From contig JBBPEB010000013.1 in NCBI GenBank assembly GCA_039096225.1, positions 1,798,001 to 1,862,000 on the forward strand: a DNA stretch of 64,000 nucleotides, read 5' to 3'. The translations under genes were made by a program, and so were the position numbers. The stretch comes from Blastocystis sp. Blastoise. Taxonomy: Eukaryota > Protista > Bigyra: Opalinata. The notes under the pieces were generated by a model. It made no database searches and had not been told where the DNA came from. It saw only the letters and a list, made by a program, of their open reading frames with translations. Positions 33,633-50,110 of the stretch are shown here, piece after piece. Positions within the stretch are counted from its first letter, which is position 1; each line of letters begins with the position of its first letter.

Positions 33633-34579
33633 ATGGAAAAACCTATTCAAGTTGATGTTTATTTTGACTATCCTTGTCCTTTCTGCTACGTAGGAAAAAG
33701 AAGATTTGAACAAGGAATAAAAGATATAAAAGCACCTATAAAAGTTGTTTATCACTCTTATCAAATAGATCCATCCGTCTCTGTTGATGGAGAAGATAGA
33801 ATTGAATATAACGATCGTGAATGGGGTGGCAATGATTGGGCTGAAGATATTATAAATACTGGTAGAAAAGAAGGAATTCCTTTTAAGAATTGGAGGTATC
33901 TTTTTTTATACTTTTCTTTTTAAATAATATTTTTCAATGTAAAGTATATAATATACATTGATATATAGTACTGCTGTCAATTCATTAAATGCCCAACGTC
34001 TTACACAATATTGTCACCAAAATTTTCCTCAATTAGAAGATCAAATGATGGAAAATGTATTTTATGAATTATATGAAAATGGAAGTAATATATCATCAAC
34101 TGATGTCCTTGAAAGAATAGCTAAAAGAATAGGACTTCCTGATGTTACTGCGTTCATAAATGGAAAAGAAATGGAAAAGGTATATTATTATGTTAGTTTT
34201 AATTATCTTATTATTATTGTGTTAATTTTTATTATTTTATTATTATTATGTTAATTCTAATTATCTTATTATTATTATGTTAATTTTAATCATCTTATTA
34301 TTACACATAACTTAATACTAATTATATAAACATTCTATAATTATATTTACGTAATAAATAATTGAATTGCTATTCTATTCAATATAGGAGGTTCTAGATG
34401 AAGATAAATATGCCAAGAATACACTTAATATACAGTATATTATATCTATATAAATTTATTATTTAATGGTATTTATATATAGTACTATACCTTCATATGT
34501 TGTGAATAATAATAAAAACTTCTCAGGAATGAGTTCCATTCCAAAACTCCTTCTGTTTCTTAAAGAAAAATACAATTAA
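33633..34579 (+). CDS. DsbA/FrnE-family oxidoreductase, paralog 2 (tandem duplicate, same 3 intron positions)
   Basis: VDVYFDYPCPFCYVGKRRF, NSLNAQRL, YENGSNIS, IHTIPSYVV. Confidence 0.92.
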
Positions 34580-35161
34580 TTAAGTATATTTACTTACTTT
34601 TATTGATGTTTATTTCTTATTGATTTCTCTAATTATACTGTGTTGTAATCTACATTTGAAGTTGTATAAATATCTGTTTTTATTTATATTTTGTTTTTAG
34701 TTTCAAATAATAATTATTTTCTTATAAGTAATCCATTGTCTAATTCCTAGTTATTTGTGTTCTATATATACTAAAGGAGAAACGTATTCATAAAGAATAC
34801 ATATGATTTAAATTTCGTTTATATTTCCAATTAGATTTAAATATGAATTAATCAAAAAAGCATACATTCTTTATCAATAATATACGACTATCTTTTGTTT
34901 TTCTTCATTTTTTATCCACATAATCTAAGTATTTGAAGAAAAAAAAATAAAGAAATCAACATATATAGAAGACGATATTTCAAAATAATAAATTATTCGT
35001 TTCTTTAATTCTTAACTAAACAAATCATAAATATAAATTAAAAACAAAATTACAAAGAACTTCCTTTGTTTTCCTTTTCCAAATATATAATTTCAATATT
35101 CTATTTTCTGTATGTAGTTTCTAATGAAAATAAAATATAATTTATATTCTATCTATAGAAG

Positions 35162-36223
35162 ATGGCACCTCTATTTGATTTAAATACCGGAAAACCAGTA
35201 CCTGAATACATTCCTCAAAATTCTTTTGGGTATATACTCATTGATTACTTCAAAGCGTTGTCTTCGAATAATTTCAATTTGATTCCTTCTGGTAAATTCT
35301 CATTACGAGTGTATCCAAAGAAAAGTCATGAAATTGTTGATTTTTTATTCACTTCTAACTCTCAAGTGAATAGCCATAAGTTCAATTATAAATTAGTATC
35401 ACAGGAAACTCAAGGTGATATTCTAAGTCTTCAGTGTCGACAAACATTAGATTCTTTTTTAGTAAAAGGATATGCTCAAGCAGATATTGATTCTTTCTGT
35501 CGAGTCAAAGCATTTCAAAACAAAAATAAACATGATTATGAAGTTATTATGCAAACTTCTTCTTTTGCTCGTAGTCATTATTGTATAAATGAAGGCTTAT
35601 TACTTCTTCCAAATCGATATTACGTTTCTATTGGAGGATCTTACTTCAATCCTTCTCAGAAGGTGTCCTTAAATCTCTTTTTCCCAATTCAACAACGTTT
35701 AACAATCAAACAAATAGGTGGACAAATTGAATATCAATATTTTGATCCTCTTCAAAACTTTAAAGTAGGCTATAAACGATTAATTGAAGGAAATTATTTA
35801 TATTCTATTTATCGTCAAATTCATGGTTATACAAATATTATTTTAAAAGGTGTCTATTCTGATAATTATGATCGTATTAAACTTTTGATTTCTAAACCTT
35901 TTGATGGAAATAAGAATACTGTCACCATCGGTTGTAGTGTTGAAGCTCCTCATAATAATTATTCATCTACGTTAAGCTATTCTCTATTACTTCATTGTAT
36001 GATGTCAGGTAAGAAGAATGAAAGATATAATATGTCTGCCAAAATAAACAACGAGAAAGGAATTGCTCTTCGTCTGGGTGTTAACTATGGCAAAGCATTC
36101 TCCTATGTTCAAAAGAAGGAATCAGAATGGTTTGGTCAAGTTTCCTATTTTGATCATATTATTTTTTCATTTGGATATCATTATTCATTCAAACATTTTG
36201 ATAAAGATATTAATAATTTTTAA
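35162..36223 (+). CDS. Intronless 353-aa protein, putative mitochondrial outer-membrane beta-barrel (porin3/OM47-like)
   Basis: Alternating hydrophobic beta-strand pattern, late SAKINNEKGIAL (porin-like), beta-signal-like FSFGYHYSF near the C-terminus. Confidence 0.45.
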   Translation: MAPLFDLNTGKPVPEYIPQNSFGYILIDYFKALSSNNFNLIPSGKFSLRVYPKKSHEIVDFLFTSNSQVNSHKFNYKLVSQETQGDILSLQCRQTLDSFLVKGYAQADIDSFCRVKAFQNKNKHDYEVIMQTSSFARSHYCINEGLLLLPNRYYVSIGGSYFNPSQKVSLNLFFPIQQRLTIKQIGGQIEYQYFDPLQNFKVGYKRLIEGNYLYSIYRQIHGYTNIILKGVYSDNYDRIKLLISKPFDGNKNTVTIGCSVEAPHNNYSSTLSYSLLLHCMMSGKKNERYNMSAKINNEKGIALRLGVNYGKAFSYVQKKESEWFGQVSYFDHIIFSFGYHYSFKHFDKDINNF

Positions 36224-36691
36224 TTTGCTTTTTTCAGTTCTATAAACGTATGTATTACTCACTTCTTTTCTTTTCTTTTTTTCTATTTTGTCGGTGTTCA
36301 TATTATCCTTGCTTTCCATTATTTTGTTCACATACTATTATATATGAAAATCAACGAATTATACACTGATAACAGCAATTAATGTTTTTTTTTGAACTTT
36401 TATATTTATTTCCAATTTCAACTTTCTTAAAAGAGTTCTTCATGTTCATAACTATATTCCAATATCGCTTACAATTATATTTGAATGAGCAATATAGAAA
36501 TAAAGAATAAAAAACGAAAGAAAAATTGAGTAGCAATATAAAAATTCCGCCAAAAAATAATTTTTCCCAAGAAAACCTTCGAAGGTTTCGTGTAAAGAGA
36601 AGACCATAATTTTTTCTTAAAAAGGTCTTTATTTATAGAATCTTTACTTACTGAAGTTGTTTCTTTTGAATAAGGATTTATAGACACGAAA

Positions 36692-38326
36692 ATGGAATTA
36701 AAAGAAAGTACTTCAAAATTATCAACTGTTTGGGCTATTGTGAAAAAACAACGAAATGCTTATTCTGGTGGTTCAATTCAACGTTTACCAAATGAAAATA
36801 AATTGATATGTCTATTGAATGCAAATATCGCATTTTTGAATATTAGCACTGGTGAAGTGGATGGAACATTATTCCCTGAAGATGATGAAAATCGTGATGA
36901 TATTATGTCTTTTATTGTTGATAAAACTGGTGAACAACTTTTTTATGCTACAAGAAATTCTCTATTATATCAATATGATTTAAAGAACAAATGCGAAATC
37001 AAACATTGGAAAGCTCATGATCTTCCTATTCAATCTATGGATATCGATTCCACAAATAAATTCCTTATTACTGGTAGTGCCGATCATACAGCAAAGGTAT
37101 CATTATTATCTTATTATGTTTATTATGTTTTATATATATATATATATATTATTTTTTATTTATTATATCATTTTATTTTTTATTTTATTTATTCATATTT
37201 TTATATCATTTTATTTATTATATTTTTATTATTATTACTTTTTTATGTCATTTAAAATAATAATAATAATAATCTATATAGGTCTGGGATATTGACGGTG
37301 GTTTCTGTACTCATAATTTCCGTCATACATTTGGTGTTGTATCACTAGTTCGTTTTTCACCTACTCCTTCTCCTTTCCTCGCTTACACTTGTTGTGATGA
37401 TAATATTATACGTATTTGGGATTTAAATGCCAATAAATCAAATCAATTGGTGAATGAATGTAAATCACACATGAATACTGTCACTTGCTTAGATGTTAAT
37501 GAAGATATCCTTGTTAGTTGTAGTAGAGATAAAGTATATATATATTCTATTTATATATATTTTATATATTATTTTTATTCTATTTATTATTCTTTAAACA
37601 CATTTCATAATAATATCATATTGTTATTTAATATATATATGTTAAATAAAATATTATGTAAACTAATTAAGATTATTATTAATACTATTCAGGTCTATAT
37701 ATTTATCATTTCTTTATTTAATAATATATATATATATATCTCCCTCTTCTCCTCTATAGACAATATCTCTTTGGAATCCTAAGACGGGACAATTAATAAA
37801 GACTTATATAACGTATGAATGTCTTGAAGCGATTCAATTACTTACTCCATTACAACGTATTTCTATGAATATATCAACATCATCTCCTTATAATATGGGT
37901 ATTATTACCGCGGGAGAAAGAGGGTATCTTCGTATATTCCAATGTTTATATATAAAAACAGGTAAAGAAGAAACTTATAAAATTCAAGAATTAAGACATA
38001 GTTTAGGAGATATAGAAATGTATTATAGTGAAGAAGAAAAAGAAGAAGAAAAGAAAACAAATTCTACTTCTCAACCTCAATTATATAGTTTAAAAGCATT
38101 ATTTGGTTCATCCAATGAAAGTGAAGAACATAATGTATTCTATGGTGTGAATAATGCAAACACTATTAAGAAATATGTATTGGAGAATGGTCACGTGACT
38201 TATGAGAATAGTTTTATTGGTTATAATGATGATGTTATTGATTTATGCTATATAGGGAAAGATATTAATACTATTGCTGTTGCCAGTAACGTTAATTATG
38301 TATATATATATATGATTATTATTATG

Positions 38327-38373
<47 letters not shown>

Positions 38374-40664
38374 CTTTATTATTATACAATAATAATAATA
38401 TAATTATTACTTTTGTTTAAAGTAATTCTTTATTCTTTATCTTCTTTACTATATATGTATATATATAGATTCGACTTTTATCTCTTCCTACATTCACTTC
38501 TGTATTCTTATTTGGTCACAAAGCACCAGTCCTTTCTCTTAAATGTACGGAGAACGGAAAGTATTTATTCTCTGCATCACGTGATAAAACCATTAAGATA
38601 TGGCATATCCCTACAGGCACATGCATAGCCACGTGCACAGGCCATAATGAAGCTGTTACTAATATATGTTTACAACAGAATGAAGCTGCTATCTCTAAAC
38701 AACAACTTCGTTCACTCTTTCTTTCTGCATTAAAGAAGAAATATACTATTACTAAGCAAGATGATAAATTGAAAAATGTTGAGTCAGAAGTAGAAGAAAT
38801 AGTGAATATACCTGATAATCAGTTATTCCCGCGGTTCTTTGTTACTTGTAGTGAAGATAAATCTATAAAATATTGGGATACTAATAATATAGTGGATGGA
38901 TATATCGATGGAGCCGTTAAGACCGTTAAGGGTCACGAGAAATCCGTTAATTGTGTTATGGTAGCACCTAACGATAAATTATGTGCGTCAGCAGGTCAAG
39001 ATAAACTTATTAAGGTATATATATTATTATAGAATTAGTATATTTTAGATATTTTATTTATTATTATTATTATTTTATTTATTATTATTATTTTATTTAT
39101 TATTGTTTTTTTATTTATTATTATTATTTTATTTATTATTATTATTTTATTTATTATTATTATTATTTTATACTTCTTATTATACTTATTATTATACTTA
39201 TTATACTATATGTATATATAGCTCTGGTCCCTTCCTGATTTGATTGAAATTGGTTCATTCACGGGACATAAGCGAGGTGTCTGGGATTTACACTTTTCCC
39301 CCGTGAATAATGTATTATTGAGTTGTAGTGTCGACGGTTCCTATCGGTTATGGAACGTGAGGGATCAGATATGCTTAAATAACGTCGAATGCTCTGAAGC
39401 TAGTGTATATATATATTATACTTATTATTTCACTTATTCTGTTTATACTTATTATTATATATATAGATTCTTCGTTGTGGATTTATTAACGAGGGTCAGC
39501 AGATCGTCACCTGTGACGCACTTGGTGTCATCCGATTATATAATACTTATACAAATGAAGTATATATATATATATATATTTTAGATTACATACTATCTAT
39601 TCTTATTCATATCTAGTATATATTATTATAATTCTATATATATATAGTTAATTAATACATTTGAAGGTCATAAAGACAAGATCTGGACTATTGCTTTCCC
39701 TCCTGATCCCCACGGGAATGGCTTCTTCGTCACCGGAGGCGGTGATGGTGAGATAAACGTATGGGAAGATCGTAGTGAGGAGGAGAAGAGAAAGGAAGTG
39801 GAAGAGAAAGAGAAACAGTATCAAATGGAACAACAACTAAGAAGTTGTATGTATCAAAAGAAATGGAAACCTGTATATATTTATATATTGTTATATATTG
39901 ATTTATTTTATTTATATAAACATAGAGTATTCTTTAGTATATATACTATATTATTATATACTATATACTATATAATAGACTATTATACATACACTATTAT
40001 TATATATATATATATATATCCAATAGGCTATTAAATTATGTTTTGAATTGAATGCTCCATTTGCTCTTCGTCAAATCTTAGAATCCGTGGCGAATAACCG
40101 CGGGGAAGACATCGATTCTCTCTTTATTCCTATTCTTCATCATCTTCCTGTAGAACAAAAACAATTAGTATTTAGTTATATACGTGACTGGGAAACTCAA
40201 AGTAGAACAAATATCGCTGCAAATCTATTATTAGAAGTAGCATTGAAAGCATATGATGAAGAAGATATTAAAGATGTCCCTGAAATTAAAGATATTACCA
40301 CGGGAATTGAAGCTTATATGAAGAGACATTATACAGTATATATATATTAATAGTTATATATATTCTAATTGTATTAATTATATTATATATATATGTATAT
40401 AGAGATTAAATAGATTATTACAAAATACATATGTTTTAGACTATTGTATTGCAACTATGAATGGAATTAAGTATATATAATATTTAATATACTATTTATT
40501 CTATATAATAAATAATATACTATTTATTCTATATAATAAATAATATACTATTTATTCTATTATATATAATCTATTATTTATATAGAACTGAAGATACTAC
40601 TATATCACAAAAACGTGTATTAGAAGATGATTCCCGTGGGAATGAGAAGAAAATGAAAGCATAA
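36692..40664 (+). CDS. TBL3: UTP13 / transducin beta-like protein 3 (WD40, SSU processome)
   Basis: YSGG, WKAHDLP..TGSAD..KVWDIDGGFCTHNFR, IGYNDDVID, GHKRGVW, C-terminal Utp13 domain (YIRDWETQSR..AYMKRHYTRLNRLLQNTYVLDY). Confidence 0.94.
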
Positions 40665-41449
40665 ATAAATATTTGAATATATATTTATCTATGTATATAA
40701 ATTTGTTTTTTTTTTAAACATTTTCTTTTGTTTCCATGATCATTCTTTTTTACTTTTTTTTATTTGTTTTTATATGTTATTTGTGATGTTATGAAATAAA
40801 TTGTTGTGTTTCCAGTTTTTTACATTATTTTTACTATTCATTTATATATTTGTGCTACTCTTATTGTTTTTATATAAATAAGAGTTAATAATATTACATA
40901 TCTTATTTCATTTCAAAGTTAATTATTTAATTGACTTTGAATATTATAATTGTCAGTATTTCAAAAGTTACTAAACTTATTAATGATATCCTTAAAAGAG
41001 TCAAAAAATTATAATTATATTTTTAGATATAGAAGAAACTAAATAAAATAATTACATGCTGATTTATAATAATTTCATTATTATTGTTTATATGAAGTTG
41101 AATAATAAAACAAAACATAAGAGAATAAATGAAAATCTAGAAATAAGAAAGAAATAAGAAAGTGAAGAAAAGATAGCTACGAGTATGAATGAATAAGAAA
41201 GAGTTCATTATATATATATATAAATAATAAATATACAAAGAATGATATAAGAAAGAGAATAACAATTATGAAAAAAGAAAGAATTAATAAACATAATAAT
41301 ATGTACATATAAACATAAATACATATATAATAACAGATATAATTATAGGGATAATAAGATTGCTGAATATAATTATATGAATTCATATTTACTCAGATAA
41401 AAACATTAATTTTAAATATATACTTTAAATTAATATAAATATAACTTTG

Positions 41450-43745
<2,296 letters not shown>

Positions 43746-44151
43746 ATTTAATATACAAAACCGCAAAAGAATAAGAATAACTCAAAAAAAAATTGAGATT
43801 ACGTTTTCAAAGGATTCGAAAAGAATTCATTTATGTACATAACCTTGTTTCTCTTGTAATTGTATTAATAGTAGTTTTTCATTTCTTTTTCATTTTACAA
43901 GTTATTTATAAATAAGTTGATATCACAGCAACCAAAGTATATAGTATAGAAAAAAAGTGAAAATAAAATTAAAATAAAACAAGAATTTGTTTTGTTCATT
44001 ATTTTAAAATAGAGATGAGCAAGTATACAGCAGAGAATTGTTTACAATAAGATAAATAAAAATATATAACATATATAATGAGACTTTTGAATAAATGAAA
44101 AAGTAACAAAGTTGTTATAATAGTATAAAATATTTATTTATATAATTTAAT

Positions 44152-45468
44152 TTACTCCCAGATACCTTCAATGACTTCACCACAAGTACAAGTACCTTTA
44201 AATCCTTTCTTGACACGTACAGAATAGCCATGTCGTTCAATGAGTAATTCATTGCATTTTGGACAATAAGTATTCGCAGCACCACTAACATTCCCCATGT
44301 ATATATACTTTAAGCCAACTCGTTTCCCAATATCGTAGGCTCTTTGTAATGTTTCTTTTGGAGTTCTAGTTTTATCTGTCATTTTATAATCAGGATGAAA
44401 TGCTGAAATATGCCAAGGAATAGAAGGTGAAACAGAATATAAAAAGGATGCTATTTGTTCTAGTTCAGTATCACTATCATTTGAATCAGGTATAATTAAA
44501 GTAGTTACTTCTACCCAAAAACCCATTTCATGTGCTAATTGAATTGATTTCTTCACTCCTTCTAATCCTCCAAAACAAGTATTTCTATAGAACTTCGGAG
44601 AAAATGATTTCAAATCAATATTCAATGCTGAAACATAAGGTTTAATATATTTTAGATGTTCAGGAGTCATAAATCCATTAGTTACATATACACCTCTTAA
44701 TCCTTTTTCTATTCCAAGTAGACCTATATCATGACTATATTCAGCCCAAATAGAAGGTTCATTATAAGTATAGGCTAATGATTTACACCCTTTTCGAATT
44801 GCATTCGTTACAACTTGCTCAGGGGTCTATATAGTAGATAATAATAATATATAATATAGAAATATAATATATAATATATAATATATAATATATAATATAA
44901 AATATATATATAAAATATATAATATAAAATATATAATATATAATATAAAATATATAATATAAAAAATATAATATAGAAATATAATATATAATATATAATA
45001 TAAAATATAAAATATAAAATATAATGCTAAAAAAGCAATTAATGTTCTATTCACAACAAAATTTACATATATATATACAGCTTCATAGCCAGTTCCTTGA
45101 ATATTGACGACTAAATCTTCAATATCTCCAGATTGTTCTTTATTTTGTTCATCAAACATAAGTGCAGCTTGTGAAATATCCCAATTTTGACAGAATGTAC
45201 ATTTGAAATTACAGCCAATTGTACCCACAGAGAAAATGTCAGTATTAGGAAGAAAATGATGTAATGGTTTCTTCTCCACAGGATCTACATGAAGAGCACA
45301 GGGATATCCATAAACTGACAAATATAACTTTCCATCCTTATTATAACGAACACCACATTTTCCATGATCACCTTCAGGAATAGTACATCTCCAATTACAA
45401 CAAGTGCAAGTGACGTCAGTAGACCCATCCTCAGATTTAGTATATAAATCACATTCTCTTTTTTCCAT
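44152..45468 (-). CDS. amrS: AmmeMemoRadiSam system radical SAM enzyme (prokaryote-type), one intron
   Basis: CTCCNWRC..GKCGVR..VDPVEKKPLHHF.P..GTIGCNFKCTFCQNWDISQ; AYTYNEP; NIDLKSF; WVEVTTLIIP; PWHISAFHPDYKM; YIYMGNV..TYCPKC. Confidence 0.92.
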
Positions 45469-46569
45469 TTTTGTACATAAACGCTTTGTATAACCTTCTG
45501 TTCTCTTAATTGATTTTATTATAGATCTAAACAATTTGAGATTCAAATCATATAAATAAAAAACATATCTTAAAAAAATAGCCTTTTTCCTCTTGCCATA
45601 CTTTACCGGGAATACAATCTTTTGTCTCCATTATAATAGAAATATTCAAGATTAATTGAATTTCTTTATTCTTCGTTTTTTCTTATGAATGATTCCTGAT
45701 TTATCATATGTTATGAAAGTAATATGTATATCAATGCTTGTTTAAAGTTGAGATTGATGAAAACTTCTTGTTTTTAAATACTTTAAATTTATATTCTATC
45801 ACATACCTTGCCAACTTGAATGATAAGTATATACTTATTGTAAGGGATGCTGTAGAATCTAGAATGATAAAAAGTGACTTAGAAGAGAAGATCGTTCAAA
45901 ATGTGAAAAGTTATAATACTTAAAATATCGTTTATTATCTTTTTTCTGAAGAATAGAAAAACCCTTTATGATTTTCCAAACTTTCTCTTGTCAAAATATG
46001 ACTAAAAAAATTTGGTGACAATAAAAATCGAATTTTGTTTATGCCAATGAAAACTTGTTTTTTATATTCTCCACAGTATTTTATCAATAAAAACATTATA
46101 AAAGTCATCAATTCAAACAAATGAAAAATAATAAAGAAAAAAAAAATGAGTAGTTATTTATATCCATAAAACATAAAACAAATGACTTCATGAGTAGTCA
46201 TGCGATTTGGAGAATCGTATTGGCGTTTATTTTTTGAATGACGCACCTTTTAATCTGGAAACCTATTTGTGTTCCTGTAGAGAAATAGTAAATAGATATC
46301 CAATTCTTTAGTTTTTCTGATTATTTATCGATATATAGGGATAATAGACAAGAGAATCAGGATTTTTCAGAATTCTCAAAAGGAGAACATTTTGTTTTTT
46401 TTGTGTATATTTTTATTGGGGGTAAAAAAACATGAGGCAAATGGTGGACATTTCCATGTTTATACAATTTTTGGCAAAATCCAAAATTTATTGTTCTTTC
46501 AATATTTTCTTTGTTTTCTCTTATTCTTTTAAGAATACATTTGTTGAATAATAATAAAATATCTTTAAG

Positions 46570-48541
46570 ATGATACGAAGGGGAAACTCTGATATACAGC
46601 GCCGAAGACTCAACTCTTCTTTGTCAGTGAGCAGTGGAGATTCCACTCACTCAGCACTTGATCCTTCTGTATATCAAATCATATCATTAAGAATATATAT
46701 AACTTATTTATAGAGAGGAAGTGCTTATCCTACAGACTTTTCACATCCACCTAATCCAACTGTTTCTCCTGTGAATAGTATGCTTATTGAATCTAATCTT
46801 CCTTATGATGTCTTTGATATATCAGCATGTATTTTATAGATCAGTATTACCAAGCAAACATTTATACGAATTCATTTCCCTCAGGACAACAACACCAAGT
46901 CCCTAATTATGCGGATGGTGTATTTAATTATTTATTTAATTGTTTATTTATATTTAAATAATATTTTTGTTATATATGTTTATTGTTGCTTCTTTTCTTA
47001 ATATCTGTTGCCTTCTTCTAAGAATTATTCTTTTAGAATCTATTTTCATTATAATACGATATTATTTTATTTCTATAGCTTCAAGGAACTTCATCTTCAT
47101 TTCATAATTCCTATCCTTCTTATCCTTCTATGTCTACTATAAATACTCCTACTAATTATCCATATACTATGCCATTACCCATATATCCACCTACATATGA
47201 ATATATTCGATCTTCACAAGGGCATACTATTCCATATGATTCTCTATATCCCTCTGTGTATACTTCTACTCCTACTCCTTCTCCTTCTAATGTATATCAA
47301 CCATCAACACCTTCAAATATATCTATACCTTTTCAAACACAACAAATATATGCGAATAATAATAAACAAGAAAAACAAATTTCTAATTTTTCAAATAAAC
47401 CAATAAAAATGAATAAGAAATTATCTAAAGAAGAAATACCATCATTTAGTGAACCTTATGAGCTGAATGAAATTAAGTACAATTCAGAATCTTCAATTTC
47501 TTCTAATTTCGTTGAAGGTAAAGAAACGATATTATTATTAGATTCAAATCGTTATTGGATGAAAGAAAATCAAATATTTAGAGATAAAATGTACTGTGTA
47601 CAACTTCCTGAGTCATCTCAAGATATCTATTGGTCAGAAATCCAATCCGTACATTTTTATCAATCACTTCTTCAAGTAGATGAAAGTATATATATATATA
47701 TTGTATAAATCATTGTTTTATTATATAATATTAATTTTATTATCTATATAATAATGATATATTATTATGTGTATACTTTAAATATTCACTATTATTCTAT
47801 ATAAATAGATACACCGAATCGATGGCAAGTAATCGCCGATTTCGTCGAAGGAAAAGCTACTATGGACTGCTTTGCAAGGTATATATTATTTATTTGTTAT
47901 TATTTATTATTTATTTTATTTATAGATTTATTTATTTATTTATTTATTATTTATTTTATTTATTTATTTATTTATATGCTTATATATTTTTATTTTATAT
48001 ATATATATTTTTATTTATTTATTTATTTATTATTATTTTTATAATATTTTCTTTTTTTATTTATAACTATAATACTATATTATTATTCATTTAATATATA
48101 TATAGGTTTTTACAAATCTGTTTATATATATATATATCTCAAAATATGACAGTTGCTTTTCCCGATTATATGTCTGTAGATCGTATATATACACGGTTTA
48201 TACTTCCTTGCAAGAAATCAAATACATCTATTTCTACGTTATTAAAGAATCTTAGCCAAAATTCTAATTATATACAAAATAATACATCATTTTATTCATC
48301 AATTTCTTCTCTTTCTCTTTCTCCTCCTCCACCTCCCCAAGCAACTACTTCTTCTTATTCTATGAATAACACATGCTATACAAATAATGCTAATGCTCCT
48401 ATTACAACTATAAACTCATCTCCTTCTTCTATTCCTACTTCTCCTCTTCCTATTTCTACTATTACTCCTCTTTCTAATAATACTCTTGCTAATAATAATA
48501 ATTCTATTAATAATAATAATACTATTAATAATAATAATACT

Positions 48542-48578
<37 letters not shown>

Positions 48579-48766
48579 TTAATAATAATAGTACTATTAT
48601 TAATAATAATATTCCAAATCAATATTATTATTCTTATACGAATAATAATTCATTTCCTTCTCAATTCACACAACCTTATACAACTCCTTCTTTTGTATCT
48701 ATATCGACTAATTCTTATGATTATTCTAATAGTATAATCAATAATAATAATAATAATAATAATAAT

Positions 48767-48859
<93 letters not shown>

Positions 48860-49000
48860 CTATATAATTCTACCAGTACTATGGCAATAGATCCTTCGAA
48901 TGTATATTTTACACCTATTAATGCAAATAATGATAAAATGTCTATTCAAAGTGATAGTATATCATCATCTTCACCTCCGTCTTCACCTCTTTCTGAATAA
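46570..49000 (+). CDS. Myb/SANT-domain protein with S/P/Y-rich and poly-Asn low-complexity regions (6 exons)
   Basis: Spliced WSEIQSVHFYQSLLQVDEN|TPNRWQVIADFVEGKATMDCFAR|F forms a SANT/Myb repeat and continues in frame into ORF 48146-49000. Confidence 0.8.
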
Positions 49001-49412
49001 TCATTTATATATAGTACAGATTATATACTTATATTAAATACATCTAATTCTTATATATTAAATGTATTTTTTTTCATATATTATATTTATCTATTTTTCA
49101 TATATTATATATATTATATATAATATATATATTCATCACTTTTTTATTGATTTTCCTTATTTTCTCATTTTTTTTAATTCACTAATCTGTTAAAATATAT
49201 ATATAATAATTATGTTTGTATATATTATGTTTTTTGTCTTTATTAATTTTAGTTGTCAGGTATAATATTAATATATATAACCTTTGTCTCTAGAATTATT
49301 TTATTTTTATTTTTAATAAGATTTTTATAACTCTTCATTCATTTATAGGTTTATAATTATTTTCATCTTTTTCTAAAAAGTTGTCAACAAATAAAATCCA
49401 CTTATTTTTATA

Positions 49413-49464
<52 letters not shown>

Positions 49465-50110
49465 ATACATAAATCCAATATATATTTTATTATATATTAT
49501 TCTTTAAAATTACTTTATTCATGTTTATTCATGTATTTATTTCTTTTGTATATATATATTTATATATATATATAACTTATGATCAAATTTTTTAAATGAA
49601 TATTTTTTTTTTACTATTTTTCTTTATAGTCAATATACTTTCATTATATCGATTTCATATATATATATATTAACTTATATTATAAATAAAACATATAAAA
49701 ATATTATTGCCATTCTAAGCAAATATTTTTTATTTGAGAGTTATTCTCCATCATTCTTATACTTTCGTAACCCATCTTTTTATGTGAATAATTTATATAT
49801 TTCTGATCTTTAAAATCTAATGATACATCAATTAAGTCTCTATATATGCAGCTGTATTTTTATCAGTCAAAATGTTATGAATTTACGCGTCTTATATTTT
49901 GTTGTTGTTTTATATGCAAACATTATAATTTGCCAATATCAATATATTCATATATACCAAACAATTTGTTAATAGAAAATGATTGAAAGGGAAAAGAGAA
50001 AAGTAAAAAGTAAAAAAAAAATAAATAATTATAATAAATCACAAATCATATAAAAAAAATAGTTTAATAAAAAGGACAAAAAGGAGAAAAATAGAATACT
50101 ATTTACATAA

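Noticed and set aside
45469-45600. Basic N-terminal extension of amrS resembling a mitochondrial targeting peptide
   Set aside because: The ORF-track start is TTG, not ATG. An ATG would need a speculative GC-AG intron, which is unsupported without cDNA.
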